Below, one piece after another: positions 33,701-45,929 of a stretch of DNA of 64,000 bases; positions within the stretch are counted from its first letter, which is position 1; each line of letters starts with the position of its first letter. The stretch covers positions 2,345,008 to 2,409,007 of the forward strand of contig CM119266.1 of the NCBI GenBank assembly GCA_051294375.1. Direction: 5' to 3'. The translations under genes were made by a program, and so were the position numbers. The notes beneath the pieces were generated by a model. It saw only the letters and a program-made list of their open reading frames with translations. It ran no database searches and was not told the origin of the DNA. Source of the stretch: Paraspadella gotoi (lineage: Eukaryota; Animalia; Chaetognatha).

Positions 33701-36463
33701 AAATTTCACAGCAACGCGTGATGACGTCATCAACAGCGGGTTTGATGACGCGACCGACGATCATCGCTGCAGGAACCGGCGGCGCGCCCACCGCTATCGC
33801 GTTGGCGCCCGGCCAGCCCGTTTTGCAGCACCAAATGGCCGGTAAGAATAAGGCGGTCTTACCCTCTTGTTTAGGTCGTTTATAAGCTACCCGATTCCGT
33901 TTCTAGGCACGCAACTCATTCGCGCGCCCAGCGGGGCCCTCGTTGCCGGAATAGGCGGAATCCGCCCTGGGGTCTCGATCATTCCCTCGTCCCACGCCCC
34001 CACTCCCGCCACGACGCTGCCGACTACGACTTCCTCCTTCGCTACGACGGTAACTTTGACGCCGAGTTCTATGACTATGGGAACGACGTTGGCCTCAACG
34101 CGGCACCACTCCGTCATCGCTTCCCCGGCGTCGGCGGTAGCGGCGACACCGACGGCGGCGGCGGCGTCGGTGGGCGGACCCAGAATCATCACCGTCCCAA
34201 ACACCGCCGCCCGATTTGAGACTGGGACCGTCGGAAAAGGTGAGGTCGTTCATGGTGCTTTAGTGGGAAAGGATAAGGTGTAGCAGTTTGTTAAAAAGAA
34301 ATTAAAATCATTACAAACTATATATATCTAATTGCAATGACTTTAAAATGTATTTATCTTCTTCTCTTTCCTCCTCATCCAGCCATGCCTAAAGTATCTG
34401 CGACCCCGGTGACAACGGTTCCATCCACGACGCCCCCCGCGCCCCCCGGCGCCACCGTCATCCCCAATCCGGCGATGATGGGCGGCGGCGGCGGGCCTCG
34501 CCTCATCCACGTCTCCACGGCGTCGCATCGAAATCAGTCCAGATTCTCGGCGGCTTCTTCCTCTTCCTCCTCCTCCTCATCTTCATTTTCCTCCATCCCC
34601 TCCGTCGTCGGCTCTTCCAGACCCCACGCCGCAACCGCCTCCCCGACGCCCTTCCTCATACGCAAGGAGAAGCACTCGGGACCCGCCTTCAAATCTGTCG
34701 ACAGGTAAGCGAAGATCGCGGTGGGGAAATGTACTTCATGTACTTTACTCCCATCTACTCAAATCGGTGGCAAGCGGCCCATATTGTATTCTCTGTAATG
34801 GTATTTTTTTTCGACAGCAAACTTTATAGAAGAGTCAACTGCAGTCCTTTTCAAGATTATCGAAAGATTCTAAAGTTTCCAGAGGAAGAGTAAGATTTTT
34901 TGTTTTGACCTTCTCGCTTTAGTCCGGGTCGAAATTAAATACGTACTACATACTCTTTGGCAAATCGAATTTTTGTTTTTTTTACATTTGTATAATTAGA
35001 ATAATGTTTGCTTTGGCTATTTTAAACGTTTTTATTTGTGTTTTTTCATCAGGGAAGACGAAGATTTCAACGACGTCGCCGCCATGGGAGGCGTGAATCT
35101 CAACGAAGAAAACGCCAGGATTCTCGCTTCGCAGGTTCGCCGAATTTAAAAAAAAAAACTTTTTAATAATGGCTTTAAAAAACGTTAATGATGACAAAAT
35201 TGGTAATTTTTTAATGTAATTGATTTTAATAACTTTTAGTCGGATTTCATCGGAACGCGGATTCGATCGACCAAAGAAATCGATGGCTACTCAGATTCGC
35301 CCTCTCTCGTCGGAACGACGCCGCTGCTCAAGGTGGTGATTGGTGGTGAATGGTTGTGATTTGACCTCGAGGCAATAACGTCACTTTTCCGAGTATTCTA
35401 ACAAGTTCTCGTTTCTTCGTCACCAGAGAATCACGGACTTGGCGAAAGCGTCGGGTGTCGACGAAGTCAACGGCGAAGTTGCCTCTCTCGTCGCCTACGC
35501 CGTCCAGCACCGCCTAAAGAACATCCTCGAACGCGTCAACCTCATCGCCGAGCACCGGATGGAAGTCCCCAGGGTGAGTGGATTCTTAATATTTTCTTTT
35601 CTAATTTTTTTGTAACGCTCGGCGAAACTATGTAAATTTTACTTCAATACCTCTCTCTCTCACAGACCGACTCCCGGTTGGAGGTGACGAGCGACGTGAA
35701 ACCCCAGTTGAAGTTCCTTGCGGACTTGGATCGGCTAGAGAAGGAGCGGCAGGACGAGCAGGAGCGGGAGCGGCTTCTGAAAGCTGCCAAGAGCCGCAGC
35801 AAAATGGAGGATCCTGAGCAGCTTCGACTAAAGCAGAAAGCCAAGGAGGTGCGCGCGAGGGAGAGAGCGGGAGAAAAGCGTGTGGAATGCGCGAGCGAGC
35901 GAGAGAGAAGAGTGTGAGAGAAATTCAACAAAATTTCAAATAAATTTAAAAAGAATTTAAAATTCGTCTCTGCAGTTACAACAACAGGAGGCGGAAAACC
36001 GACGGCAAATCGAAGCCAACGAAACGGCCCTGGCGGCCATCGGCCCTCGGAAGAAGAAGGCCAAATTCGGAGACGATGTAAATCACCTTGAGGCTTTACG
36101 TCCTCTTTTTTTTATTTCATTTTATTTCCTTCATTATGATTACCCTTTGCTTTTATTTAAAAGATGAGCGGTCCCTCTGGCGGCGCGTCGGAAGTCGACT
36201 CTTCCGTCGACGCGGCGTCGACGTCCTCGGTTTCCGGTTCGACGGTGAGTCTACGATGAACTTTATTGTTATTATTAATATTTTATTATAGAAAAAGTAA
36301 CAAATTAGTAATGATTAACTTATATCGCCCCTTTTTCCTTCCTTTCTATAACCAGACCCGTCAGAGAATAAAGCGCGTGAACCTCAGGGACTTGATATTT
36401 CTCCTCGAGCAAGAAAAGGAAACGACAAAGTCGAACTTTTTGTATCGGACGTTTTTAAAATAA
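21791..36463 (+). CDS. TAF4: Transcription initiation factor TFIID subunit 4; 5' end unresolved
   Basis: TAFH domain (ENVKKCKNFLSTLIKLA...GLIDGKIQPEKFTEQLQIELKS..PQPYLVPFLKKSLP). Histone fold (EDFNDVAAMGGVNLNEENARIL). C-terminus LLKAAKSRSKMEDPEQLRLKQKAKE, ANETALAAIGPRKK, TRQRIKRVNLRDLIFLLEQE. Start placed tentatively at MAAG (21791). The first clearly open exon is ~22772-23185. Several apparent indels. Confidence 0.93.
23513..24107. mobile_element. MITE family B with ~23-bp TIRs and ggttagg-type internal repeats
   Basis: TIRs ggtaaatttactattcgccgacc and ggtcggcaaaagcaaaattttacc. Similar TIRs occur at 45787-45929. Contains a ~26-bp fragment of the twister-LTR end at ~23762-23788. Confidence 0.65.
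25400..25900. mobile_element. Foldback MITE family A, degenerate copy
   Basis: Shares tatagt.ctatccttata, ttctttcattaag and caaatctg blocks with the 4429 and 33044 copies; ends ttcacctcgcttta. Confidence 0.6.
29244..30161 (+). CDS. 305-codon S/G/P/Y/Q-rich ORF inside a TAF4 intron; probable alternative first coding exon of TAF4
   Basis: Long GC-rich open frame. Acceptor-like ccctcgttag just before the ATG. Phase-2 donor CCAG|GTAGAT at 30157/30158 matches the phase of the TAF4 exon starting at 30851. Confidence 0.6.
   Translation: MNSHPLFAEGHYRGSYQYFENSSPVDSGGSVESNGFLGSSPSSGVTSPGKTFSPPNSAGPVRHASNPFELPEETNAVAGGSYYGNGLASGGFRSYSSANPAADPGSGHSFGPLARPSAFSGYPSGNVAYTSSPGAYSSAPSDLPSVSSYPLGGIPYENQRPYPPSPQRFFRRDGPPRSHRFDHNNYTQQQQPYRLQHYDLTNGWPAQAWPQRPHAPHHRNFQENDFTRPLVQTQPENQMLYRNEISAFTDRRPSAKRGAYFKNDLCRQREADPRKTAGIAYGGWEPFPWGKSIPSSQSCQINTSR
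31369..32124 (-). mobile_element. Non-autonomous miniature LTR retroelement (TRIM/retrozyme-like): LTRs 31870-32124 and 31369-31628, 241-bp internal region
   Basis: Direct ~255-260-bp repeats with TGTGGC...GCCATA-type termini on the - strand. GTAG duplicated at 31365-31368 and 32125-32128. TGGTGAGCCCTAC PBS-like sequence 2 nt after the 5' LTR. No recognisable retroelement ORF. Confidence 0.8.
31921..32001 (-). ncRNA. Putative type-P5 twister self-cleaving ribozyme in the 5' LTR; predicted U/A cut between 31973 and 31972
   Basis: Minus strand reads GUUGGC caaa GCAGA GA CCG UCCUAGGG UAA CGC GC CAGUGAC..GUCACUG A GGG UCGGAAGC CCC aaa GCCAAC. P5, P3 and P4 stems, T1 (CGG/CCG), T2 (GC/GC) and the conserved UAA and GA core are present. 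P2 is imperfect and P1 is very short. Confidence 0.68.
33044..33642. mobile_element. Foldback MITE family A, complete copy with TA target duplication (Tc1/mariner-like)
   Basis: ta|aggcgtagt ... actacgcct|ta, with long internal inverted blocks (cgcagtaggc...gtactatcc / ggatagtac...gcctactgcg). Confidence 0.85.
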
Positions 36464-37983
36464 CCCCTCCGCTGGGGGTGTTCGAGAGAGGGGGTATCAC
36501 CGCCGCCACGGATCCAGCTTTTTTTTTTTCACCTTCTACTCTTTCGTTGTGGACGTCGTCGTCGAATTCTTTTCAATGACGATCGTGACGACGACGACGA
36601 CGATGTTGGCGACGGAACTCTCTCGAGGGGGAGGGGGGGAGGGGGGGAAAGAAAACTGCGAACCAGCCTCCGTCGACATTCGAGGCAACCTTCGTCTCCG
36701 CCTCGAAGACGAAGTCCACCGTTGCGTCCAAATGATCTCTCTCGCTTTTTCTTTTTTTTTTAATCTTTTTCTTTTGTTAACGCTAACTTTGTTTTACTTC
36801 ATCATCGAGCGATGCGCAGCTCGCGAATTCCAGATCCATTTTCTCCTCTCTCTTTTCCTTTTCTACTCCCCCCACCCCAACATTCTTCGATACACTCTCT
36901 GCGACCCCCCACCCCCAGCCAACCCCCCTTCTCCCTCACCCGATTCCTACTGCCTCTCGTCCTTCCTTCCTCCGTTACCCCATTACCTCTTCGACGCCGA
37001 CCGCGCGTTTTATACATCATCAGGTTTACATTTCAGTATCGTTTTTGTTTGAGAAATTTTTTTTTTTGGAGATAACGTTAGCTAGGATTCGCCATCTACC
37101 AAATATCGATCTATATTTGTACGTACGAGGAGATTTCCAACTGGGTTCTTGTTCGTTTTCGCTGTTAAAAAAGTTTGCAAACAAATATAACAATTATAAT
37201 TATTAACGGACGATTATTAACCTCTTTTTTCAACTGGTAGACATAATTTTTTTTTCTTTTCAGAGGTAAATTCGAGATCTGAATATAAATTTGGGAATAT
37301 ACAGACACTTGCTGCTTGACGCAATGAAATAGATAGCGTATTGGTTTTCCCATCAAGGCACGCGTCCCTTCCCTCAAGTTGATGTAACACTGTGATAATT
37401 TGTTTTATTTTGATGGCTGTATCATAGATTTTAACCATGGCAGGTAATATGTAAATTTGTAAAAATGATGTACGACCCTACGAATCATTACTTTACGCTG
37501 CTATGTCTTATTTATTTTTCATTTTCAGATGATGATAAACCAATAGGTAGACGGCCCAGAAATGGCTTGCTAGCTTGGATGCACTGTGATTTTTATCGAC
37601 GTATTTAAAGTTAGTTTACTGAAACTGGTAATAAAAGTTAAAACTTAGCATAGTTTTAGAAATTTCGCAGAGTAGAATTTGGAGATTTGAGAGAAAAAAG
37701 ATTTTATCAGATTTCAACCAAAGCAAATTTAGAGCGTCGAATTGTCACACTTGACACTTTTCTCACGGCGGACTTTTGGCAAAATGAAAATCGAAATAAG
37801 TGAAGTCGATCCGTTATTTTTGATTTCGAGCTAAGGCCTCTTGGTATCAAATAGTGAATAGTGAATAGTGAATTCGGAATGCGAGACAGTTGATTAAATT
37901 CAATTATTATTATTATTATTACAAGTCATTCATAAAAAGATTATAATCCTATCGAAAGAAAGAATAAAAACGAGGATAAAATC

Positions 37984-40900
37984 TCAAACTGAAATCTCTT
38001 TACTCTTTGGCGGTAACTTGGGGGCTATATCTTTGTTCTTTTTTTTCGGCAACTGTGGACGACTGGCCTCGGCTTCGGATTTGCAGGCCGGGCAGTCGGT
38101 CGCGTAGCAACCGGCGGGCACGTCGTAGAGAAAAGGAGCGTGAATCGAGTGATTGTGAACTTGGTAAAAAATTAGAGAGCGATGTCTATAATATTTTAAT
38201 TCTAACTTATCTTTTATTTTTCCTTACCCAATTCGGTTTGCTGTTGCATTTGTCCTTTGAAAAACTCTTGCTGCTTCAAGATTATCTCGAGCTCGTCGCT
38301 CATCGCGGCCGAAGCCACATGGTCGTAGAAAAGCGAGGGATTCTTGGCAATTTTTGACGATTGACGCGCGAAGGCTGGCGGTTGGCCACGCCCCGTCGCC
38401 TGCTTGGCCGGAACGTCGTAGCCGGGTTGACGCAGCGGATCGTTCCCCGTCGATACCGAGCCTTCGTCTAAGGATCTTGAAGAATGCCGTCGCTCCGGGG
38501 CGCTTCGAAATTTTGCCTCTTCCCTCTTATCGTCTTCAGTGCTTCTCCGCCTCTCGGTCTTTTCCTCACCATGACCTTCCTCGATCCTCCTCCCCTGCTC
38601 CTCTTCCACGCTCTTCCGCCGCCGCGCCCTCTTTCCGTCCCTTCGTTTCCCCGTTTCCTCCTGCTTCCGTCGCGTCACCGTCCGCTCGGGCAGCCTCGGT
38701 TTGGACCCGTCGTCCAGACCCAAGTATTTCCTCAAGTCTTTCGTCTTGCCCTCTTCCTTAAGCCGCTGGTAGACCTCGCCGTCTTCCTCAAAGGTCTGCG
38801 AGTTGCGATTGGGTTCGATCGTGTCGTCGCTGCTCGACTCTTCTGAAGCGCCCGATTCGTTGGTCGACGCCGCGTGCCATGTGACCGTATCAGCCCGCGC
38901 GTCGCGCGCCAAGTCCACCTTTACATGGGTAGTGGGGGATAATAATAATGTGAATCAGAATTAATATTATTTAAATTAACATCAACAAACGAAAGTTTTT
39001 AAAGATATCTAACCGGCCAATCCTCGGTCAAAGAGTGCGTCCCGCTATCACCCCTCTCCTCCCGCCGTTCTCCTGCGACCCCTCCTTCCGCAAACGCGAA
39101 TTGCCGCGTGAGTCTCGGACTCATCACGGCGCCGCTGTCCACGCTCTCCGCATCACTGTTCATGCTGTCGGTCAGTCGCGACCCGACGCTCTCTTGTCGG
39201 TTCGATTGCAGCATCGTCCTTCGCCGATTGATCTCGATCATGGTGTCGTCCCTCGAACCCCGCCTCATGAAATCCCCGTCGGCCGGTCCTCCGAGCCGCC
39301 GTCGGTGGTGTTGATCCAGGGAGGAGGAGGGTATGCCCGGTAATGGACGTGCTTTGAACTTTTCCGGACAAGAGTTGTTGGACGCGCGAGTCTTGGCCGC
39401 GTTTACTACGAAGTTTTCCGCGAAAACGTCGTCTTCCTGGGATTCCTCGAGCGACCCGTCCACGGAGCTCTTTCCGTGACAAACGTGCCCGGATTCGACG
39501 AGGTGCTCGACCGGACCGCGTCCGGAGACGAAATCCTCCGACGGCATCGAGTGTCGTTGAAAACTCGACCCGTAGCAAAAGTCGGGGGTTGAGCCGAGGA
39601 TGCTGAGGGATCGATGGCCGTGGGCCCGACCGGTTTCAGAATCGAAGCAGATCTGCTGCTCCTTAAGCGAGAGCACGGCTCGCAGCAGCTTCAGCTCTAA
39701 TTCCTTGAGAGGCTTGCGGGAGAAAAACCGAAATTCTTGGTCTTGAAAGCCGGGGCTGAGAGGGAAATGAAGTTTTAGTTTTTCTTAGTAGTCTATACAT
39801 TGTACAATTATTTTTTTTTTTCGAAATGAGATTGCGATTTCAGGTCTTGATTGTTTTTTTTTTTTGGTTTTTTTGTCTCCTTTTTTCGGTGTTCAAATTG
39901 TTTTTTTAGTTTTCAATCGAGTTTTCGTTTTTTTTTTCTTTTTATTGGTTTTCGCTTTTGTTTTCACGACTTACCTTCCGGGATTCAGGGTGACGCTTAA
40001 AATCTTGTGTGCGTCTTGCGCGACGTCGCTCCCGACCATCTCGACCTTCTTGACGACGCCGAGCGGCCATTCCGCTATCGTAGAGGCGTCCTCTTGACGC
40101 AACAGCACCAGGGCCCTCGGCTGGAGATCGAGGTATACGCTGCCCGTCATCCTGGCTTCTCTGCTCGCAAGATTGTCGATGATAGCCAGATCGTAGACTC
40201 CTTCGGGGAAGTGGCATCAAATTGCGTTATTTTATATCGAGTACATGAAAATATTTTTCCTAGAAGTGATCGGTCTCTTCCCTTCCCTTCCAAGGAAGCT
40301 TGATTATAATTTCAAAAAGTTTATCCGATAGTTGATATCATTCACGCCCCGATAATTAAAAGCAACTCATTCCCTGAGCTTTTCGGCTATTGTCCAGGAT
40401 ATTGCTTGAAGCCCCTCGTTTGAACTTCTCCAACCCGAAAAACTTAACTGTTATTCATATCCAAAAGCCCCTTTAGTCTTCATACCCAGTTTTCGCATAC
40501 GAGTTCTTTTTTAGTTCGGCCCCGAAGATGAACTCTCCCGACCCCGGGGCCACCGGGAATACAATTAATGGCTGGACATTTTTAGGGCTGATGCTTCGAA
40601 ACGACGAGGTTTATCGTTCTGTGACGTTCTATTCCTGTCCTGTGTAGCTTTTAGCTCCATGCGGCTTCTGTTCCTAATATTTTTATTTTTATAATTCCTG
40701 TATCTATCTACCTTCTTCTCTTTTCCTTTGATCGTTCCTGACACTAATTGCCCACACCCACTCTGACCTTCGAGAAGCACTTTGCCTCCTGGCCAAAGGC
40801 ATTCCCTGAAAAAGCGAATCCAGGCTTGAGAGTCGCTCTCGCTGTCGCCCGCCAAATGCAGATTGGCGCGAACGTTGCACCCGCATTCCGAATCCACTTG

Positions 40901-43900
40901 CTCTGGAGAGAACGCGAGAGCGAGATTGATATCGGTCTCTACAGAGATTTAACGCGATAATAACCGAAAATAAGTTTGAGCAAACAATGCCGGATCTCCC
41001 CACCATCTTTAGCGGTAATTAATTAATTAATTAATCAGTCAATTCATTAATTAGTTTGATCCGACCTGTCTGTTTTTAGGTCTTTTCGTCACTGACCATA
41101 ACAAAAGCAACGACGATGATGGGGACGACGACAATAATGCCGATAACGATTAATTGATTGAATAATTAATAGATTGATTTTTGATTAATTCACTGATAAA
41201 TTAATTAATAAATTAATGATTAATTAATTAGTATTGATTTATTAATTAATACGTCTTGCATTTACAAATAATATAAAAAAACAAGCATAATCAATTAGTA
41301 AAACAGGTTTTTTGTTTTTTACATTTTAACTTATTTTCACTCAGACGATTTCATTGAAACTTGATATATAATAATATATATATATAATAAATACAATCCC
41401 CCCATCCACTCATGAGTAATTAGCGTTCAAATAGTGAAATATATATATTTTTTTCTTCCATTTAAACTCATTTCCACTCGGACGATTCTATCAAAACTTT
41501 GTTTCCAGCTTAATCACACACTTTTCTACCCACATACAAAATTTCAAGTCAATCGCCCCATACAATCATGAGTAATTGGCGTTCAAAGCTAAGGGGGTTC
41601 GGACGGACGAACATCAATTTTTTTTTCATAATTTATCATAATTTGATTTTCTGACATGATTTAAGTGACTTACCGATAAGATTGGGGGGGGCGGACCGAC
41701 GGACCGACAAAGTGAATTATAGAGCCGGAATCTGCTGTCAGCAGATCCGGCTAAAAACCTTGGATCTCTTGCCCTTATTTACCTTTCGTGAAGATGGAGA
41801 AGGCGTATCGTCTCGTGCTGGAAACGCACCTTAAACAAGGGGGTGGGAATTGTATAGAGAGGCCATCGACTTACCCTTCCGAGAAGGGTCTTCAGCCCTT
41901 CATTACGTATTCGGCTCTTTTTGTTCTCTGCCAGTCGGGGAAAAGAAAAAGTTAATCGGCTTTTTTCGGTGTTCGGTCGCGAGAAGATAGCTTCAGTGTC
42001 TGAACTCACCTACCTTACCACCACCACCACAATTTTTCGCAAACACTACTTTCTCGCCAGGTTGTTCCTATTTCCTTTCACCCTCGTCGTTTTTCCAAAG
42101 CCTATCATCTTTGACTTTCAGTCCATGTGTTTCTGTACGAACTTTTACGCTAATGCTTCGTGTACCGTGCATTAAAAGTTCGTTTTTATTTTACAGTTTT
42201 CTAACTTGGTGTAAAATTTTCTTTCGATTCGTTGTTTGGATTTGTTGTTGCCAATAAAAATCTTATTTTGTCTCTCAGTTTTCTAACTTAATTCTTTTTC
42301 TTTTTTGGACGACCTTTTCGCCTTAATTATAGCCCCAAGGTTTACAGTTGTCATTCAAGAGAGAGAAAGTGTGTGTGTTTAAAAAAAAACTGGTTTGATC
42401 ACTCAAACTTAAACAAAGAATCGAGAGAGCAGTTTACTGGAGATCTTTTTCCCTCTCTCTCGATCTCTCTCTCTCTCTCTCGAGTCGACTGGCCTCCAAA
42501 CCAGTGAGAATAGCAGTTAAATTTTGTTTTATTTTCGGAAAATGTTTCGATTTCAGAGTTTTGTTTTCTTGACAATCCAAAACCGAACCTACCGAACGAT
42601 CCTGACGATCTGTCCGTCCGACAGTCCGTAGCTTTGGCAGTCGTTCTCTCTCGATCTCGAGAAGGACTGTTTGTTGGGGTAAGTATCAAGTCTGATGGTG
42701 GTTTTCCGACCGCTCGGTCCCACCTCCACCATTCGGAAGGCGACGCAGTATCGCCTCTTCCACGGGGATCGCATCGCCTGGGGGGGTAGTGAGAGTTAGT
42801 AACCACTTTGTTGTTAATGTTATCGAAAAGTAAGTCTCGAAACTCCAGTGCGAATGTGGAGTCACCAGTGGTTTCGTGAGTCATCGAGAAATACTTTTGG
42901 GGTAGTGGTCGATATTTGGTTTTTTTTTAACACTCAGAAGTTTAAATATTTTATATTAAATAAGTAATTTATGCAACTGATTGTAGATAATCAATTCATA
43001 ATTATATAATATCAATGGAACATTTTAATTTTGAATAAAATAGGCGTTTTTTAGCGAAAAAGATTTGAATTTTATTGAACAACGATTTTATTTTAAATTA
43101 AATTAAATTTTCTTTATATTTTCCTCTTCTCGGGTTCTCTCGTTTTATTTTGCACTCTCGATCGTGATACCCCGCATATTTTTGGCACTATTTCATATTA
43201 ATTAAATTTTGTGTGTGTATCTCGTTCTACAGCAACACGGATATAATTTCTATTTAAAAAAACAATAATATAAAACAAAAAAGGAAATAAAATCGGGCAG
43301 CGGCCATGTCCGAGCTAGATCAACTTCGCCAGGAGGCGGAGTCGCTTAAGTCGCAGATTGAAGCCTCGCGTCGCAAAGCGGCCGACGCGTCCCTCGTCGA
43401 GGCCGCCCAACGCCTCGACGCCCTCGGACGCCTGCAGTTTCGCCAGCGCCGCACGCTACGCGGACACCTGGCCAAGATCTACGCCATGCACTGGGCGGCG
43501 GACTCGCGTAACCTCGTCTCCGCCTCGCAGGACGGGAAGTTGCTCGTCTGGGATTCGTACACGACGAATAAAATTCATGCCATTCCGCTCAGGTTTGTGA
43601 GTTGACTTTGGACAATGGAAGTTTGTGTCGAATTAATTATGAGTTTGATGTGATTTGTTGGGGATGTCTCACATTGTGAGTTTTTGTGACTTGTACTTAA
43701 GCAACAAGTTTGACCAATGAGCAATCGATCCATAAAATCACTTCGGGACATAAGGTCACTTTTTCTTGAATGGTTTCTTATTGCGTTTCTTCTGTTCTTT
43801 TTAAAGTATTCCCATTATATAAGAACACATTAAACAGTAAACATGCATATAATACGTATAATTATATATAATTATTCGTATATCTTAACTGTAAACGAAC

Positions 43901-45548
43901 TCCAATCGGACCTGTAATTATTCATATGGCTCCCCCCCCCCATTTTTTCCTCCAGATCGTCCTGGGTGATGACTTGCGCCTACGCGCCATCCGGCTCCTA
44001 CGTGGCTTGCGGCGGCCTCGACAATCTCTGCACGATCTACTCGCTCAAGAATCGCGACGGTAACGTCCGCGTCTCGCGCGAATTGTCCGGCCACAGCGGC
44101 TACCTTTCCTGCTGCCGCTTCGTCGACGACGCCCACGTCCTCACCGCCTCGGGCGACACCACCTGCTCCCTCTGGGACGTGGAGACGAGTCAGAGCGTCA
44201 CACGATTCTCGGGCCACGCTGGCGACGTCATGTCCGTCGCTCTCGCGCCCGATCAGCGGACCTTCGTCTCGGGCGCCTGCGACGCCTCCGCCAAGCTCTG
44301 GGACATTCGCGACGGATCTTGCAAGCAGACGCTGTCGGGTCACGAGCTCGACGTCAACGCCGTCTGCGTCTTTCCCAACGGCAACGCCTTCGCCACGGGC
44401 AGCGACGACGCCACCTGTCGCTTGTTCGATTTCCGGGCGGATCAAGAAGTGGCGCGCTACGCTCACGAGACGGTGGAAACGGGGGTGACGTCGGTGGCGT
44501 TCTCGCGATCGGGCCGGTTACTGTTTGCCGGATACGACGACTGCAACGTCCTTGCCTGGGACGCGCTCAAGGCGGAGAGAGTGGGGGTCTTGACCGGGCA
44601 CGACAATAGAGTCAGCTGTTTGGGGGTGACCGAGGACGGGATGGCGTTGGGCACGGGGTCGTGGGACGCCTTTTTGAAGATTTGGAATTGAAGACGGAGA
44701 GGGGATTGGCCTAATGGAGGTTGGGTGTCGAGTTTTGCGGGGGACGGGTTGAGTTGTCGCGAGTTGGAGTCGTTCGTTTAATTCGTTTGTTTCGGGCGGG
44801 GGGGGGGTGGCTTAAGTCAACTTCGCAGTTTTTTGAAAATTGAGCGAGTCTTTAAGTATGAATGGTATGTTATGATTTGAAATTGTCTAGTCAAGGTAAA
44901 TTTGTAATCGTTTTACGGAATTGAATCGTTAAATCGTGCCAAAAGGATGTTCTCCTGTCAATTGAGGAATATCCGTGCGTTGGTAATCCACACTCGGCTC
45001 GCCAATGAGAACAAGATTAATTTATCTAGGAGATAAAGTCTTTATTAAAGAGAGGCTTTATACTTTAAAGCTAATCGGCTTTAGGTCTGAGTGCGCGCAG
45101 AGGGAAACCCACTGCATTGGGAAGCGCATTCCCTTATTATGATTGTTTAAATGTTCATATGTATTATTTTTTTTTATTGACGCTTATTGCACAAAAGAAT
45201 TTACCTTTTTTATAACATTTAACTGTTGCTTGTAAAGTAAACAAAAAACAAAAAATGTTTGTACACTCATTGAACGGAGTTGGATACAAAATGTTCTTTA
45301 AAATCGCTGGTCGCTGGTTTGGGCTGATTTGATCAAAAACAAACAATAAAAACACGGTCGTAGATTAGCTTATACAATTTACGAACTGTAAATGAATTCT
45401 ATCATTTTCTTTATTTTATTATGTTGGATAGATTGGTCCGATGTAAAATACTCGCCTTGAAAAGACCCTTCTCCCTCGTGTGATCGCTCTTGACATCGAG
45501 AAAGCCAGATATTTCCCCGTCGTTTCCGTATTGAGAAATAAAGCTCAT
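37984..45548 (-). CDS. PH + IRS-type PTB domain docking protein (DOK/IRS-like adaptor)
   Basis: Approximate exons 45548-45456, 42777-42593, 41830-41783, 40902-40768, 40201-39975, 39755-39013, 38918-38228 and 38159-37984 splice in frame. PH domain: [10 protein letters not shown]...PWKRRYCV...IRLDTY...RYAFSIFT...[19 protein letters not shown] domain: [14 protein letters not shown]...[11 protein letters not shown]...EFRFFS. Disordered tail with YDVP x2, YDHV and YQRL tyrosine motifs. Confidence 0.8.
40969..41757 (+). mobile_element. Helentron-associated (HINE/DINE-1-like) non-autonomous element
   Basis: 5' aa(c/t)aagtttgagcaaacaatg, subterminal cggatct, (attaatta)n tract, ggac/gacc microsatellite, 3' hairpin gccggaatctgctgtcagcagatccggc, then taaaaa. 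Homologues at 53271, 56846, 12594 and 13840. Family assignment is inferred from structure. Confidence 0.75.
43306..44691 (+). CDS. GNB1: Heterotrimeric G-protein beta subunit (G-beta-1 class, divergent), 2 coding exons, nested in a DOK-like intron
   Basis: Exons 43306-43592 and 43956-44691: [12 protein letters not shown]...[16 protein letters not shown]...[10 protein letters not shown]...PLR|[13 protein letters not shown]...[31 protein letters not shown], with seven WD40 repeats. The symbol denotes family, not proven orthology. Confidence 0.95.
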
Positions 45549-45786
45549 TTTAAAAGCCGATTTACATTTACCAAGGAATTTATTGAAAAATAGGTAACTG
45601 CGCCAAAATCATTTTGAGTATCCTTCTTGTGAAGGGGCGTCTACTTATCAGGTCATATTGATTGTTGTGACTTTGATCCCTCGCATGTGAAAAAACTTGA
45701 AAAGAAATAAAGTTCCACGGTCTGTTTTAATGAGAGTTAGGCAGTTAACTTTTTGATTTAGCTCCGTTACGTAATTAAAAATATGC

Positions 45787-45929
45787 GGAAAAATTTTACT
45801 TTCGCCGACCGGGATTTTCGCGTCTTTTGAAAAAAACTACTAAAAAATTAAAATAAATTATTACTTAATTACCCTAACCTCTTTACCCTAACCACCCATA
45901 ACCCCGGTCGGCGAAAATAAAATTAAGCC
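45787..45929. mobile_element. MITE family B, short copy
   Basis: TIRs aaattttactttcgccgaccgg and ccggtcggcgaaaataaaatt, with internal ccctaacc repeats. Confidence 0.65.

Noticed and set aside
36549-37075. 167-aa ORF after the TAF4 stop
   Set aside because: Low-complexity 3' UTR sequence with a GTG start and no homology signal.
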